Origin: Solirubrobacterales bacterium
GTDB taxonomy: Bacteria; Actinomycetota; Thermoleophilia; Solirubrobacterales; 70-9
Assembly (NCBI GenBank): GCA_035764545.1
Contig: DASTYZ010000037.1
Span: 119 to 64,118 of the forward strand
Direction of reading: 5' to 3'
DNA length: 64,000 bases
Notes under the pieces: generated by a model
Seen by the model: only the letters and a program-made list of their open reading frames with translations
Databases searched by the model: none
What the model was told of the DNA's origin: nothing
Part shown: piece by piece, positions 39,129-47,750 of the stretch
Layout: each line of letters begins with the position of its first letter
How positions within the stretch are numbered: position 1 is the first letter of the stretch
Translations under genes and position numbers: made by a program

Positions 39129-40047
39129 GCCGGCCTCCCCCACCGCCACCCATGACCACATCAAGGACGTCAACACCCGCTACCACGACGCGGCCGCCGA
39201 GGAGTACGACGCCAAGTGGGGCATCGACTTCGGCGAGGTCGGCCAGCGGCAGGTGCGGCTGAAGCTGGTCAAGGCGCTGGGCGGGAAGAAGGGCCGTTCA
39301 TTCGGCGACGCGCTGGAGATCGGCTCGGGGACCGGCTACTTCTCGCTCAACCTCGTCCAGCTCGGGGTGATCGAGCGGCTGACCGCGACCGATATCTCGC
39401 CGGGGATGCTGAAGCGGCTGGCGGCGACCGCTGACGCGCTCGGGCTCGACGGCGTGACGACCGTGGAGACCGAGGCCGAGACGCTGCCCTTTGAGGACGA
39501 AAGCTTCGACCTCGTCCTCGGCCACGCCGTCCTCCACCACATCCCCGACCTCGACAAGGCCTTCGCTGAATTCCGCCGCGTCCTGCGGCCCGGCGGGATG
39601 ATCGCCTTCGCCGGTGAGCCCTCCCGCTACGGCGACACCCTGGCGGCGCTGCCGAAGCGCGCCGGGCTGGCGCTGGCGCCGATCTGGCGCCGGGCGGTCG
39701 GCGCCGAGGAGCGCGCCGTCGCCGAAGGCGATCAGTCCCACGACCACTCGCTCGAGGCTGAGGTCGACGTCCACGCCTTCGCTCCCGCCGACCTCCGCCG
39801 CCTGCTCAAGAGTGCCGGCTTCGAGCAGCGACACGTCGGCGGCGAGGAGCTCCTCTCCAATGCCTGGGGCTGGGGCCTGCGCACGGTCGAGTCCAGCGCC
39901 GAGCCGGAATCGGTCTCCTTCCGCTGGCGCCGCTTCGCCTTCAACAGCTACATCGCCCTGCAGAAGGTCGACACCAAAGTGCTCGAGCCCTACCTGCCGG
40001 CCGAGCTCTTCTACAACCTGCTCGTCTCGGCGCGCAAGCCCGCTTAG
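39127..40047 (+). CDS. class I SAM-dependent methyltransferase
   Basis: 306 aa with motif I ALEIGSGTGYF and a later LRPGGMIAFAGEP. Confidence 0.8.
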   Translation: MPASPTATHDHIKDVNTRYHDAAAEEYDAKWGIDFGEVGQRQVRLKLVKALGGKKGRSFGDALEIGSGTGYFSLNLVQLGVIERLTATDISPGMLKRLAATADALGLDGVTTVETEAETLPFEDESFDLVLGHAVLHHIPDLDKAFAEFRRVLRPGGMIAFAGEPSRYGDTLAALPKRAGLALAPIWRRAVGAEERAVAEGDQSHDHSLEAEVDVHAFAPADLRRLLKSAGFEQRHVGGEELLSNAWGWGLRTVESSAEPESVSFRWRRFAFNSYIALQKVDTKVLEPYLPAELFYNLLVSARKPA

Positions 40048-40052
40048 CCATT

Positions 40053-40179
40053 GCGGTAGGGAGGGACGGGTGTCCCCTGGCCTTCCTGGGTTCCTCGCCG
40101 GGCGCGTGGCATCTCTCTGTGAGTGGTCAGTGCGAGGAACAGGACGCCGGTCGGCCAGGGGACACCCGTCCCTCCTTGC
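40053..40179. repeat. structured hairpin repeat, copy 3 (diverged), between convergent genes
   Basis: Perfect 23-bp outer stem GGAGGGACGGGTGTCCCCTGGCC (40060-40082 with 40153-40175) and 9-bp inner stem GTTCCTCGC/GCGAGGAAC. Shares the blocks GGGAGGG, CCTTCnCTGGGTT, GTGCGA and ACGCCGnTCG with copies 1 and 2. Confidence 0.55.
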
Positions 40180-40206
40180 GACAGTCCCGAAGATTCGGAT
40201 TTCATC

Positions 40207-40249
40207 GAGTCCGCGAAAAAGCTCGTATAGCGACGCTTTTCGCGGACTC
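40207..40249 (-). terminator. hairpin downstream of the cyclase gene
   Basis: GAGTCCGCGAAAAAGC-loop-GCTTTTCGCGGACTC forms a 15-bp stem with a one-base bulge, starting 6 nt after the cyclase stop. Confidence 0.45.
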
Positions 40250-40254
40250 GGTGA

Positions 40255-41400
40255 TTAGCGGCCGCGGCCGCCCTCGCGGCGTTCGCCTGGGGCGCGGGCG
40301 CGGAACAGCTTCACCCGGTAGTCGAGGCCCTTGAGGCGGCGTTCGCCTACGTAGGAGTAGTCGAAGCCCTCGGCCGCTTCTTTCGTTGCCTCGTCGAGGA
40401 CGACGCTGCCGGGGCGGGCTACGTTGGTGATGCGGCTGGCTAGGTTGACGGCGCGGCCGTAGTAGTCGCCGGACTGCGGCAGGGTCGGGCCGGAGGCGAT
40501 GCCGGCGCGGAGCCAGGGGAACTGTTGGCCTTCCTGCTCGGCGGCGTGGATCAGCTCCAGTGCCGCTGCGACCATCGGCTCGGGCTCCGCTGAGACCAGC
40601 ATCACCGCGTCGCCGATCGTCTTCACCAGGCGCACCGGGGGTTGGGCGACGGCGGTTGCCATCTCCTCCAGGCGCCCGGCGACCATGCCCAGCTCCTCGG
40701 GGGCGATCTCCTCTCCCAGCCGAGTGAACTCGACGAGGTCGGCGAAGCAGACGGTGAGATCGACGGCGCCGCCGATCTCCCCCGAAGCGAGGTCGGTGGC
40801 GCCGATCACGTCGCGGCGGATCTGTTCGAGCAGGTGCTGCTGCAGGGAGTAGACGACGGTCGGGCCAGCGAGCGGCAGCATGTACTCGGCGGCGGCGGCG
40901 AAGCGCAGGGCAACGTCGCGCTCGGTGTCGCCGGGCTGGGTCAGGGTGCGGATGATCAGCTCGCGATTGGCTTCGGCGATCCGCGCCGTCCCCATCCCGA
41001 TCGTCCGCGCCACCTGCAGCATCCCGTCTTCGGGCAGGCCGAGCTCGAGGAAGCGTTTCATCGCCCGCGCCGCCTCGACGTCGGCGTCGGTGCCGAGGTG
41101 CTCGTCGGGGTCGGGAACCGGAATTCCCAGGGCGGAGCGGAAGCGGAGCAGCATCTCGAGGTCGATGTCAGCGATCCCGGCGACTTCGCGAGCGGTGTAC
41201 CGCGGTCCTTGGCCGGCAACGGCTCGCTCCACCGGCAACAGCGTCAAGCGGTGCGACGCGACCGCCTCTTTCAGCTCCTCCAGCGTGCAGCCTTCACCGT
41301 GCAGCTGCTCGAGCAGCTCCAGCCGCGCCTGCCGCGCCTCCCCCTCGACACCGTCGAGCAGGCCCTCCGCCTCGAAGTCGATCTTCGGCCCCGCCGCCAT
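40255..41400 (-). CDS. class III adenylate/guanylate cyclase domain protein
   Basis: 381 aa with C-terminal VCFADLVEFTRLGE...KTIGDAVMLV...GRAVNLASRI. Confidence 0.8.
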   Translation of the reverse strand: MAAGPKIDFEAEGLLDGVEGEARQARLELLEQLHGEGCTLEELKEAVASHRLTLLPVERAVAGQGPRYTAREVAGIADIDLEMLLRFRSALGIPVPDPDEHLGTDADVEAARAMKRFLELGLPEDGMLQVARTIGMGTARIAEANRELIIRTLTQPGDTERDVALRFAAAAEYMLPLAGPTVVYSLQQHLLEQIRRDVIGATDLASGEIGGAVDLTVCFADLVEFTRLGEEIAPEELGMVAGRLEEMATAVAQPPVRLVKTIGDAVMLVSAEPEPMVAAALELIHAAEQEGQQFPWLRAGIASGPTLPQSGDYYGRAVNLASRITNVARPGSVVLDEATKEAAEGFDYSYVGERRLKGLDYRVKLFRARAPGERREGGRGR

Positions 41401-41403
41401 CGG

Positions 41404-42912
41404 TCAGTCAGCGTATGCGACGGCGCCGCCGCGACGGGGGTCGCCGCCGCCGCTCAGCTCGCCCGTCGCGGGATCGCGGGAGACCGCTTGGACGCCCCCG
41501 AAGAAAAGGTTCAGCGAAGGCCAGCGGGCGACCTCCCAGCCGCGCTGCTCGAGGCGGTCGAGCGCCTCGTGGTCGACCCCCTTCTCCGCCTGGACGACGC
41601 CCTGCTCGAAGTGCAGGCGCGGCGCCTCCACCGCGGCCGCCACCGGGTAGCCCTGCTCGACCGCCCGCACCACCGTCTGCAGGATCGCCGAGCGGATCCG
41701 GTTGGAGCCAGCGCTGCCGAGCGCGAGGACGATCTCGCCGTCGCGGAGGACAACGGTCGGCGCCATCATCGAGGGGACGCGCCGTCCCGGCGTGATCAGG
41801 TGGAACCCGGCCGGGTTGAGGTCCTCCTCGCCGAGCATGTTGTTGAGGATGACGCCGGTGCCGGGAACCAGCACGCCGGAGCCCGAGCCGTTGGAGCAGG
41901 TGACGGTGGCGCAGTTGCCGTCGCCATCGAGGACGGAGATGTGGGTCGTCGAGCCGAGCAGGTCGGCGGCGGCGAGGTCGAGGCCGATCGGGTCGAGGAA
42001 GCCGACCTCCATCCCCTCCTTGTAGAGCGCCTCGGCGAAGGCGAGGTCGCGGCGGTCGTTGGCGGCCTCCATCGCCAGGACCAGCTGCTCGGGCCCGCTG
42101 CTGGAGCCGAAGCGCTCGAGCAGCCCAAGGGTGTAGGCGATCAGGATCCCCCCCGAGGACGGCGGCGGGTTGGTGAGGACTTCGGTGCCCCGGAACGGGG
42201 TGTCGATCGGCTTGCGCTCGATCGCCTCGTAGGAGGCGAGGTCGCCGGCGCCGATCAAGCCACCGTGGCCAACGACGAAGTCGCTGATCGCCGCCGCCAC
42301 CTCGCCGCGGTAGAAGGTCTCGGCCCCCTCGGCGCCATAGCGTTCCAGCGCTTCGGCAAGTTCAGGGAAACGAAAGACGTCCCCCTCCGCCAGCGGCCGA
42401 CCTTGCGGCGCGTAGAGCTCGCGGGTGCCCGGCATCCGCTCGTGGATCGGGGCAAGGATGTCGAGGATGTAGGCCTGGCCGCGATTGATCGGCGCCCCCT
42501 CGCGGGCAAGGCGCACCCCCGGTCCCACCAGCTCAGAGAGGGAGCGGGACCCGAACCGCTCGAGCGCATGGGCGAGGCCGGCGGCGGTTCCGGGCACTCC
42601 GCAGGAGGCCGGCCCGACATAGAACGTCTGCGTCGTCTCGGCGTCGAAGCGGACCGGGACCGGGACCAGCTCGGTCCCGCGCTCGACCCCGTCGAGCCCG
42701 GGGGCGGCGACGAAGAAGTCGATCAGGGTCGTCTCGCCACCCCGGTGAACCATCATGTGGCCGCCAGCCCCGAAGCCGGTCAGCGGGCTCTCGACCGCGA
42801 ACGAGGCGAGTACCGCGCAGACGGCGGCGTCGACCGCGTTGCCGCCGTCGCGGAGGACCTCGGCGCCTGCCTCGGCGGTAAGCGGATGGCCGGCTGCGAC
42901 GACCCCTCGCAT
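41404..42912 (-). CDS. ggt: gamma-glutamyltransferase
   Basis: Start trimmed to MRGVVAAGHPLT (the upstream 58 codons are Arg/Pro noise overlapping ftsZ). The autoprocessing Thr context is GSTTHISVLD. Confidence 0.9.
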   Translation of the reverse strand: MRGVVAAGHPLTAEAGAEVLRDGGNAVDAAVCAVLASFAVESPLTGFGAGGHMMVHRGGETTLIDFFVAAPGLDGVERGTELVPVPVRFDAETTQTFYVGPASCGVPGTAAGLAHALERFGSRSLSELVGPGVRLAREGAPINRGQAYILDILAPIHERMPGTRELYAPQGRPLAEGDVFRFPELAEALERYGAEGAETFYRGEVAAAISDFVVGHGGLIGAGDLASYEAIERKPIDTPFRGTEVLTNPPPSSGGILIAYTLGLLERFGSSSGPEQLVLAMEAANDRRDLAFAEALYKEGMEVGFLDPIGLDLAAADLLGSTTHISVLDGDGNCATVTCSNGSGSGVLVPGTGVILNNMLGEEDLNPAGFHLITPGRRVPSMMAPTVVLRDGEIVLALGSAGSNRIRSAILQTVVRAVEQGYPVAAAVEAPRLHFEQGVVQAEKGVDHEALDRLEQRGWEVARWPSLNLFFGGVQAVSRDPATGELSGGGDPRRGGAVAYAD

Positions 42913-42923
42913 GGGGCCGCGGC

Positions 42924-44450
42924 TCAGCCCGGGAGGAACTCTGGGACGTCGATGCCGAGCTCGCGGTCGCCGCCACGACCGCGGCGGCCGGACTCGGCCT
43001 CTTTGGTGCGGCGGATCGTCGGCTCGGCGGCGCGACGCTGCGGCTGGGCGCGGCCGTCGAAGCGGGTGGCGACGACGGTGACCCAAATCTGCTCGGAGAG
43101 CTCCTCGTCGACGTTGGCGCCGAAGATGATGTTGGCGTCGGGGTGGGCGGCCTCGCCGACCACCTTCGCGGCCTCGGAGACCTCGACCAGCGAGAGGTCA
43201 GCGCCGCCGGTGATCGAGAGCAGGATCGAGCGGGCGCCCTCCATCGAGGTCTCCAGCAGCGGCGAGGAGATCGCTTTTTCGGCTGCGAGGACGGCGCGGT
43301 CGTCGCCGTAGGCCATGCCGATCCCGAGCAGGGCCCGGCCGGCTTCGGACATGATCGAGCGGACGTCGGCGAAATCGAGGTTGATCACCGCGGGCAGGGT
43401 GACCAGGTCGGAGATGCCCTGGACGCCCTGGCGGAGGACGTCGTCGGCGACCTTGAAGGCCTCGACCATCGAGGTCTGCTGGTCGAGGACGTCGAGCAGG
43501 CGGTCGTTGGGGACGACGATCAAGGTGTCGACCTCGGCGGCGAGCTCCTCGATGCCCTTGTTCGCCTGGTCGCCGCGACGGCTGCCCTCGAAGCTGAACG
43601 GCTTGGTGACTATGCCGACGGTCAAGGCGCCGACCTCGCGGGCGAGGCGGGCGACGACCGGGGCGGCGCCCGAGCCGGTACCGCCGCCGGCACCGGCGGC
43701 GACGAAGACCATGTCGGAGCCCTTCAGCAGGCGCTTGATCTTGTCCTGCTCCTCGAAGGCGGAGCGGTGGCCGACCTCGGGGTCGGCGCCGGCGCCAAGG
43801 CCGCGCGTCTGCTCGTCGCCGATGTGGACGGTGACGTCGGCGACGCAGAGCTGCAGCGACTGAAGATCGGTGTTGACGGCCATGAACTCGACCCCGGGGA
43901 TGCGGGCGTCGACCATCCGGTTGACCGCGTTGACCCCGGCCCCACCGACGCCGACGACCTTGATCACCGGCTGATGCGGCTCCCCACTACCCGGCGGCTC
44001 ATACTCAGGCTCTTCCCGCCCGTAGCGCGGGTTTTCCGGCTGAAACTGCTCGCGCCGAGGAGCAGGCTCCTCACTGAAAACCCTCTTCAGCCGCTCAGGC
44101 GGAGACTCACTGGAAGACTCAATATTCCGCTCCGACCCCACAACCTCTTGGTCGTAAAGAGCGGGCGCCTCCCCCTGCTGAAGCGGAATTTCCGCCTGAG
44201 CAGCATCCTCAGCGGCATCTGCCGCGGGTGGCGACGATGGGCCGCTCCCGCCAGTTGGCGGGAGGGGACTATCGGAGACAGGACCCGCGGCCCGATCCCC
44301 TTCGTCCTGCACCTTTTTTGCCTCGGCCGGATCGTCCCGCCCGTACCGAGGCGCCTCCGGCGGATCAATCGGAGCGTCCTCGCTAGTGGACCGAAACAGG
44401 TCGGACAGCGGCCCCTCGCGCATGCTTGCGCGCTTGTTACGCCGAGCCAT
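42924..44450 (-). CDS. ftsZ: cell-division GTPase FtsZ with about 160-aa N-terminal extension
   Basis: Tubulin signature [11 protein letters not shown], plus NTDLQSL and the C-terminal peptide IDVPEFL. The start at 44450 is supported by AAGGAGG 9 nt upstream. Confidence 0.92.
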   Translation of the reverse strand: MARRNKRASMREGPLSDLFRSTSEDAPIDPPEAPRYGRDDPAEAKKVQDEGDRAAGPVSDSPLPPTGGSGPSSPPAADAAEDAAQAEIPLQQGEAPALYDQEVVGSERNIESSSESPPERLKRVFSEEPAPRREQFQPENPRYGREEPEYEPPGSGEPHQPVIKVVGVGGAGVNAVNRMVDARIPGVEFMAVNTDLQSLQLCVADVTVHIGDEQTRGLGAGADPEVGHRSAFEEQDKIKRLLKGSDMVFVAAGAGGGTGSGAAPVVARLAREVGALTVGIVTKPFSFEGSRRGDQANKGIEELAAEVDTLIVVPNDRLLDVLDQQTSMVEAFKVADDVLRQGVQGISDLVTLPAVINLDFADVRSIMSEAGRALLGIGMAYGDDRAVLAAEKAISSPLLETSMEGARSILLSITGGADLSLVEVSEAAKVVGEAAHPDANIIFGANVDEELSEQIWVTVVATRFDGRAQPQRRAAEPTIRRTKEAESGRRGRGGDRELGIDVPEFLPG

Positions 44451-45492
44451 GGGACAGAACCTCCTTCGCCAGCTCCCGGTAGTAGTTCGCTGCGCTCGAG
44501 CCTGAATCGTACTTGAGCACGGAGGCGCCTTTGACGGGAGCCTCGGCGAACTTGATCGCCTTTTTGATCCGGGACTGGAAAACAAGGTCGCCGAAGTTCT
44601 CCTCGAGGATCTCCACCGCCTCCTTGGCGTGGATCGTCCGCGAGTCGAGCATCGTCGGCAGGATCCCCTCGATCTTGACGTCGGGGTTGAGGTTCTCCTG
44701 GATCATCCGCAGCGTGTTCTGAAGCTGGACGAGGCCGCGCATCGAGAGGTACTCGCACTGGACCGGGACGATCACCTTGTTCGCCGCGGTGAGGGCGTTG
44801 ATCGTCAGCAGGCCGAGGCTCGGCGGCGTGTCGATGCAGACGAAGTCGTAATCGCCGGCGACCTCTTTCAGCGCTTTCTCGAGCGAGCGCTCGCGGCCGA
44901 TCTTGGTGCTCATCGCGATCTCGGCACCGGCCAGATCGATCGAGGCAACGGCGACGTCGATCTCCCGTTTGACGATGATCTCGGAGATCGGGATGTCGTT
45001 GACGAGGACGTCGTAGAGGCTTTTCTCGACCTTGTCGGGGTCGATCCCCTGGCTCATCGTCAGGTTCCCCTGCGGGTCGAGGTCGATGCAGAGCACGCGG
45101 TAGCCGGACTCAGCAAACGCCACAGCCAAGTTCAGCGTCGTAGTCGTCTTCGCGACCCCACCCTTCTGGTTGGCGAAAGCAATGACCTCAGCAGTCTTAA
45201 CCGGCGTCTCGTCCACCGCCTCCTTCTCAGCCAGGAAGTCAAGTCGAGTAGGCGCAATCAGATCAATCGCCTTCATCCGAGCATCGCCCCCATCCACCTC
45301 AGGGTCTTCAGCATTAAGAGCGGGCTCCTCAGCAACGTCCTCGGACGGCTCCTCCTCAACCACCACCTCGGTTGGCGGGAGGGGACCATCGGAGACAGGA
45401 CCCGTGGCCCAACTCCCTTGGTCCCTATCCTCGTCCCTGATCTCGTCCCTCAGCGGCACAGCCTCTTCCATCTCCTGGAGCTCGTCGACCAT
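44437..45492 (-). CDS. ParA/MinD-superfamily ATPase with acidic N-terminal extension
   Basis: Deviant Walker [13 protein letters not shown]. Start set to MVDELQEM (AGGAGGAG 6 nt upstream); the track start at 45555 is the alternative. The stop overlaps the ftsZ start by 14 nt. No parB is adjacent. Confidence 0.85.
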   Translation of the reverse strand: MVDELQEMEEAVPLRDEIRDEDRDQGSWATGPVSDGPLPPTEVVVEEEPSEDVAEEPALNAEDPEVDGGDARMKAIDLIAPTRLDFLAEKEAVDETPVKTAEVIAFANQKGGVAKTTTTLNLAVAFAESGYRVLCIDLDPQGNLTMSQGIDPDKVEKSLYDVLVNDIPISEIIVKREIDVAVASIDLAGAEIAMSTKIGRERSLEKALKEVAGDYDFVCIDTPPSLGLLTINALTAANKVIVPVQCEYLSMRGLVQLQNTLRMIQENLNPDVKIEGILPTMLDSRTIHAKEAVEILEENFGDLVFQSRIKKAIKFAEAPVKGASVLKYDSGSSAANYYRELAKEVLSHGSA

Positions 45493-45554
45493 AGGCGACT
45501 CCTCCTGGATCTCGACGGGGGCAGGCTTCGGCTTCTTGCGGCTTAAAAATCCCA

Positions 45555-46541
45555 TTGCGCGGATATTCGTATGGGACCCCGCTTTTCCTGCCGGCCCCCG
45601 AAATTGCTAGGAATCAGCCAATCCCCGATCTCCTCGACAAGCGACTCGTAATCGTCACCGGCAAGGGTGGCGTCGGCAAGACGACGGTCGCGGTGGCCCT
45701 CGGCCTGCGCGCGGCGAGCGAAGGCAAGCGGACGATCGTCTGCGAGGTCTCCTCGCAGGAGAACGCCTCGCGGATGTTCGAGCACGCCTCCGTCGGCTTC
45801 CACGAGGTGGAAATGGAGGAGAATCTCTGGTCGATCTCGATCGACCCCGACGAGTCGATGCGCGAGTACGTGCTGCTGCAGCTGAAGGTACGGGCGATGC
45901 GGGACATGCTCTTCCGCAGCCGCATCTTCAACTACCTCGCCGCGGCGACCCCGGGCCTGAAGGAGCTGGTGACGATCGGCAAGATCTGGGAGCTGGCGCA
46001 GCTCGACCGCAAGGTCAAGAGCGGCCGTAAGTACGACTTGGTGATCGTCGACGCGCCGGCGACCGGCCACGGCGTCGGCTTCCTGCAGACGCCGCGCACC
46101 TTCGCCTCGATCGCCCGCGTCGGCCCGATCCACTCCCAGGCCCAGCAGCTCGACCGCTTCATCACCGACCACAAAAACACCGGCACTGCGATCGTCGCCC
46201 TGCCGGAGGAGATGCCGGTCAACGAGTCGATGGCGCTGGAGAAGGACCTGCGCGACGAGGTCGGGGTCGCGGTCGATCGCGTCTACCTCAACGGGCTCTA
46301 CCCGGAGCGGTTCAAGAAAGAAGAGGCGGAGAAGCTGTCGGCACTGGCCGAGAGCGAGAACGGCGCCAGCCGGGCGGCGGCGCGGGCGGCGCTCTCGGAG
46401 TTCGGTCGCGCCCGCTCCCAGCGCCAGCAGCTGGCGCGGCTGAAGCGCGGCGTCGAGGCGCCGGTGAAATCGCTGCCCTTCCTCTTCGAGCCCGAGCTCG
46501 ACGTCGAGGCGGCGCGCAAGCTGGCGGGGAAGCTCGGCTGA
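45555..46541 (+). CDS. ArsA/Get3-like P-loop ATPase
   Basis: 328 aa with VTGKGGVGKTTVAVALG. The only in-frame start candidate is TTG with no SD, so the start is uncertain. Confidence 0.75.
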   Translation: MRGYSYGTPLFLPAPEIARNQPIPDLLDKRLVIVTGKGGVGKTTVAVALGLRAASEGKRTIVCEVSSQENASRMFEHASVGFHEVEMEENLWSISIDPDESMREYVLLQLKVRAMRDMLFRSRIFNYLAAATPGLKELVTIGKIWELAQLDRKVKSGRKYDLVIVDAPATGHGVGFLQTPRTFASIARVGPIHSQAQQLDRFITDHKNTGTAIVALPEEMPVNESMALEKDLRDEVGVAVDRVYLNGLYPERFKKEEAEKLSALAESENGASRAAARAALSEFGRARSQRQQLARLKRGVEAPVKSLPFLFEPELDVEAARKLAGKLG

Positions 46542-47692
46542 TGGCCTCGCTGAACGAAGTCCTCGACGGCAAGTCGATCTGCATCTGCGCCGGCTCCGGC
46601 GGGGTCGGCAAGACGACCACCTCGGCCGCGATCGCGACCGGGATGGCGGCGCAGGGGCTGAAAGTCTGCGTGCTGACGATCGACCCGGCGAAGCGGCTGG
46701 CCGACTCGCTCGGGCTGGAGGAGCTCGGCAACGAAGCGCGCCGGGTCGACCCCGCCCTGATCGAGGAGCAGGGGGTCGAGATGAAGGGCGAGCTGTGGGC
46801 GATGATGCTCGACGCGAAGGCGACCTTCGACGAGCTGATCGCGCGCCAGGCGCCCGACGAGGAGTCCCGCGATCGGGTCCTCAACAACCGCATCTACCAG
46901 CAGATCTCCAGCGCCCTCGCCGGCTCGCAGGAGTACATGGCGATGGAGAAGCTCTTCGAGCTGCACACCGAAGGCGGCTTCGACCTGCTCGTCCTCGACA
47001 CGCCGCCGACCCGCAACGCCCTCGACTTCCTCGACGCGCCGAAACGGCTGACCCAGTTCATCGAGGGCAAATCCCTGCGCGTCTTCATGAAGCCGACCGG
47101 ACTGGCGGCGAAGGTGACCGGCCGCGGCGTCTCCGTCGTCCTCGGCGTCTTCAAGCGCCTCGTCGGCTTCGACCTGATCGCCGACCTGGCCGAGTTCTTC
47201 AACGCCTTCAGCAGCATGGTCGACGGCTTCCAGGCCCGGGCAAAACGCGTCAACAAACTGCTCGCCGACCCGGAGACCTGCTTCCTCGTCGTCTGCGGGC
47301 CCCAGGGAGAGCCGATCGACGAGGCCGTCTACTTCCACCGCAAACTGGTCGAGGCCAAGCTCCCCTTCGGCGGCGTCATAGTCAACAAGGTCCACTACCC
47401 CGCCGACGAGCTCGAGGCCGAGGTGGACGACCTCCCCTCCACACTCACCGAGAAGCTAGGCGACCAGAACCTCGCCAAGCGCGTGGCAGACAACTTCGCC
47501 GACTACCAGGCCCTAGCCGAGCGCGACGCCAACAACATCGACCACCTAGCCGGCGAGCTACGCACCAGCTGCGTGATCCGCGTCCCCTACCTAGACGAGG
47601 ACGTCCACGACCTCCGCGGCCTCACCGAGATCGACCGCTACCTCTTCGCGACGGCGGAGGAGCGGGTCGAGATGGCGGCGGGGCGGGCTTAA
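46541..47692 (+). CDS. ArsA/Get3-like P-loop ATPase
   Basis: 383 aa with CAGSGGVGKTTTSAAIA and DTPPTRNALDFL. The ATG overlaps the upstream stop (ATGA-type junction). Confidence 0.8.
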   Translation: MASLNEVLDGKSICICAGSGGVGKTTTSAAIATGMAAQGLKVCVLTIDPAKRLADSLGLEELGNEARRVDPALIEEQGVEMKGELWAMMLDAKATFDELIARQAPDEESRDRVLNNRIYQQISSALAGSQEYMAMEKLFELHTEGGFDLLVLDTPPTRNALDFLDAPKRLTQFIEGKSLRVFMKPTGLAAKVTGRGVSVVLGVFKRLVGFDLIADLAEFFNAFSSMVDGFQARAKRVNKLLADPETCFLVVCGPQGEPIDEAVYFHRKLVEAKLPFGGVIVNKVHYPADELEAEVDDLPSTLTEKLGDQNLAKRVADNFADYQALAERDANNIDHLAGELRTSCVIRVPYLDEDVHDLRGLTEIDRYLFATAEERVEMAAGRA

Positions 47693-47750
47693 TAGGTTCG
47701 CCTTCCCGCGCACTCAAGGGCTGCCCCGCCTATTCCGATATGGCTGGCAG

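Noticed and set aside
42913-43086. N-terminal 58 codons of the 560-aa ggt track ORF; similar extensions occur on the rpmE, atpE, pilO, PilW-like and B12-domain ORFs
   Set aside because: The extensions are Arg/Pro-rich, overlap the preceding gene and precede an internal start that restores the canonical N-terminus. All were trimmed.
40642-43311. 889-aa plus-strand ORF across the cyclase, ggt and the ftsZ 3' end
   Set aside because: It is antisense to conserved genes with clear catalytic motifs. The composition is Arg/Gly/Ala/Asp-rich and it has no motif.
44451-44585. A further 45 upstream codons of the ftsZ track ORF
   Set aside because: They lie inside the parA-like coding sequence. The ATG at 44450 has a near-consensus AAGGAGG at the correct spacing.
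46298-47395. 365-aa minus-strand ORF, with overlapping 46312..46893 and 46795..47754 frames, across the second arsA-like gene
   Set aside because: The plus-strand frame carries the GSGGVGKTT P-loop and conserved ArsA blocks. The other frames are Arg/Pro/Gly-rich.
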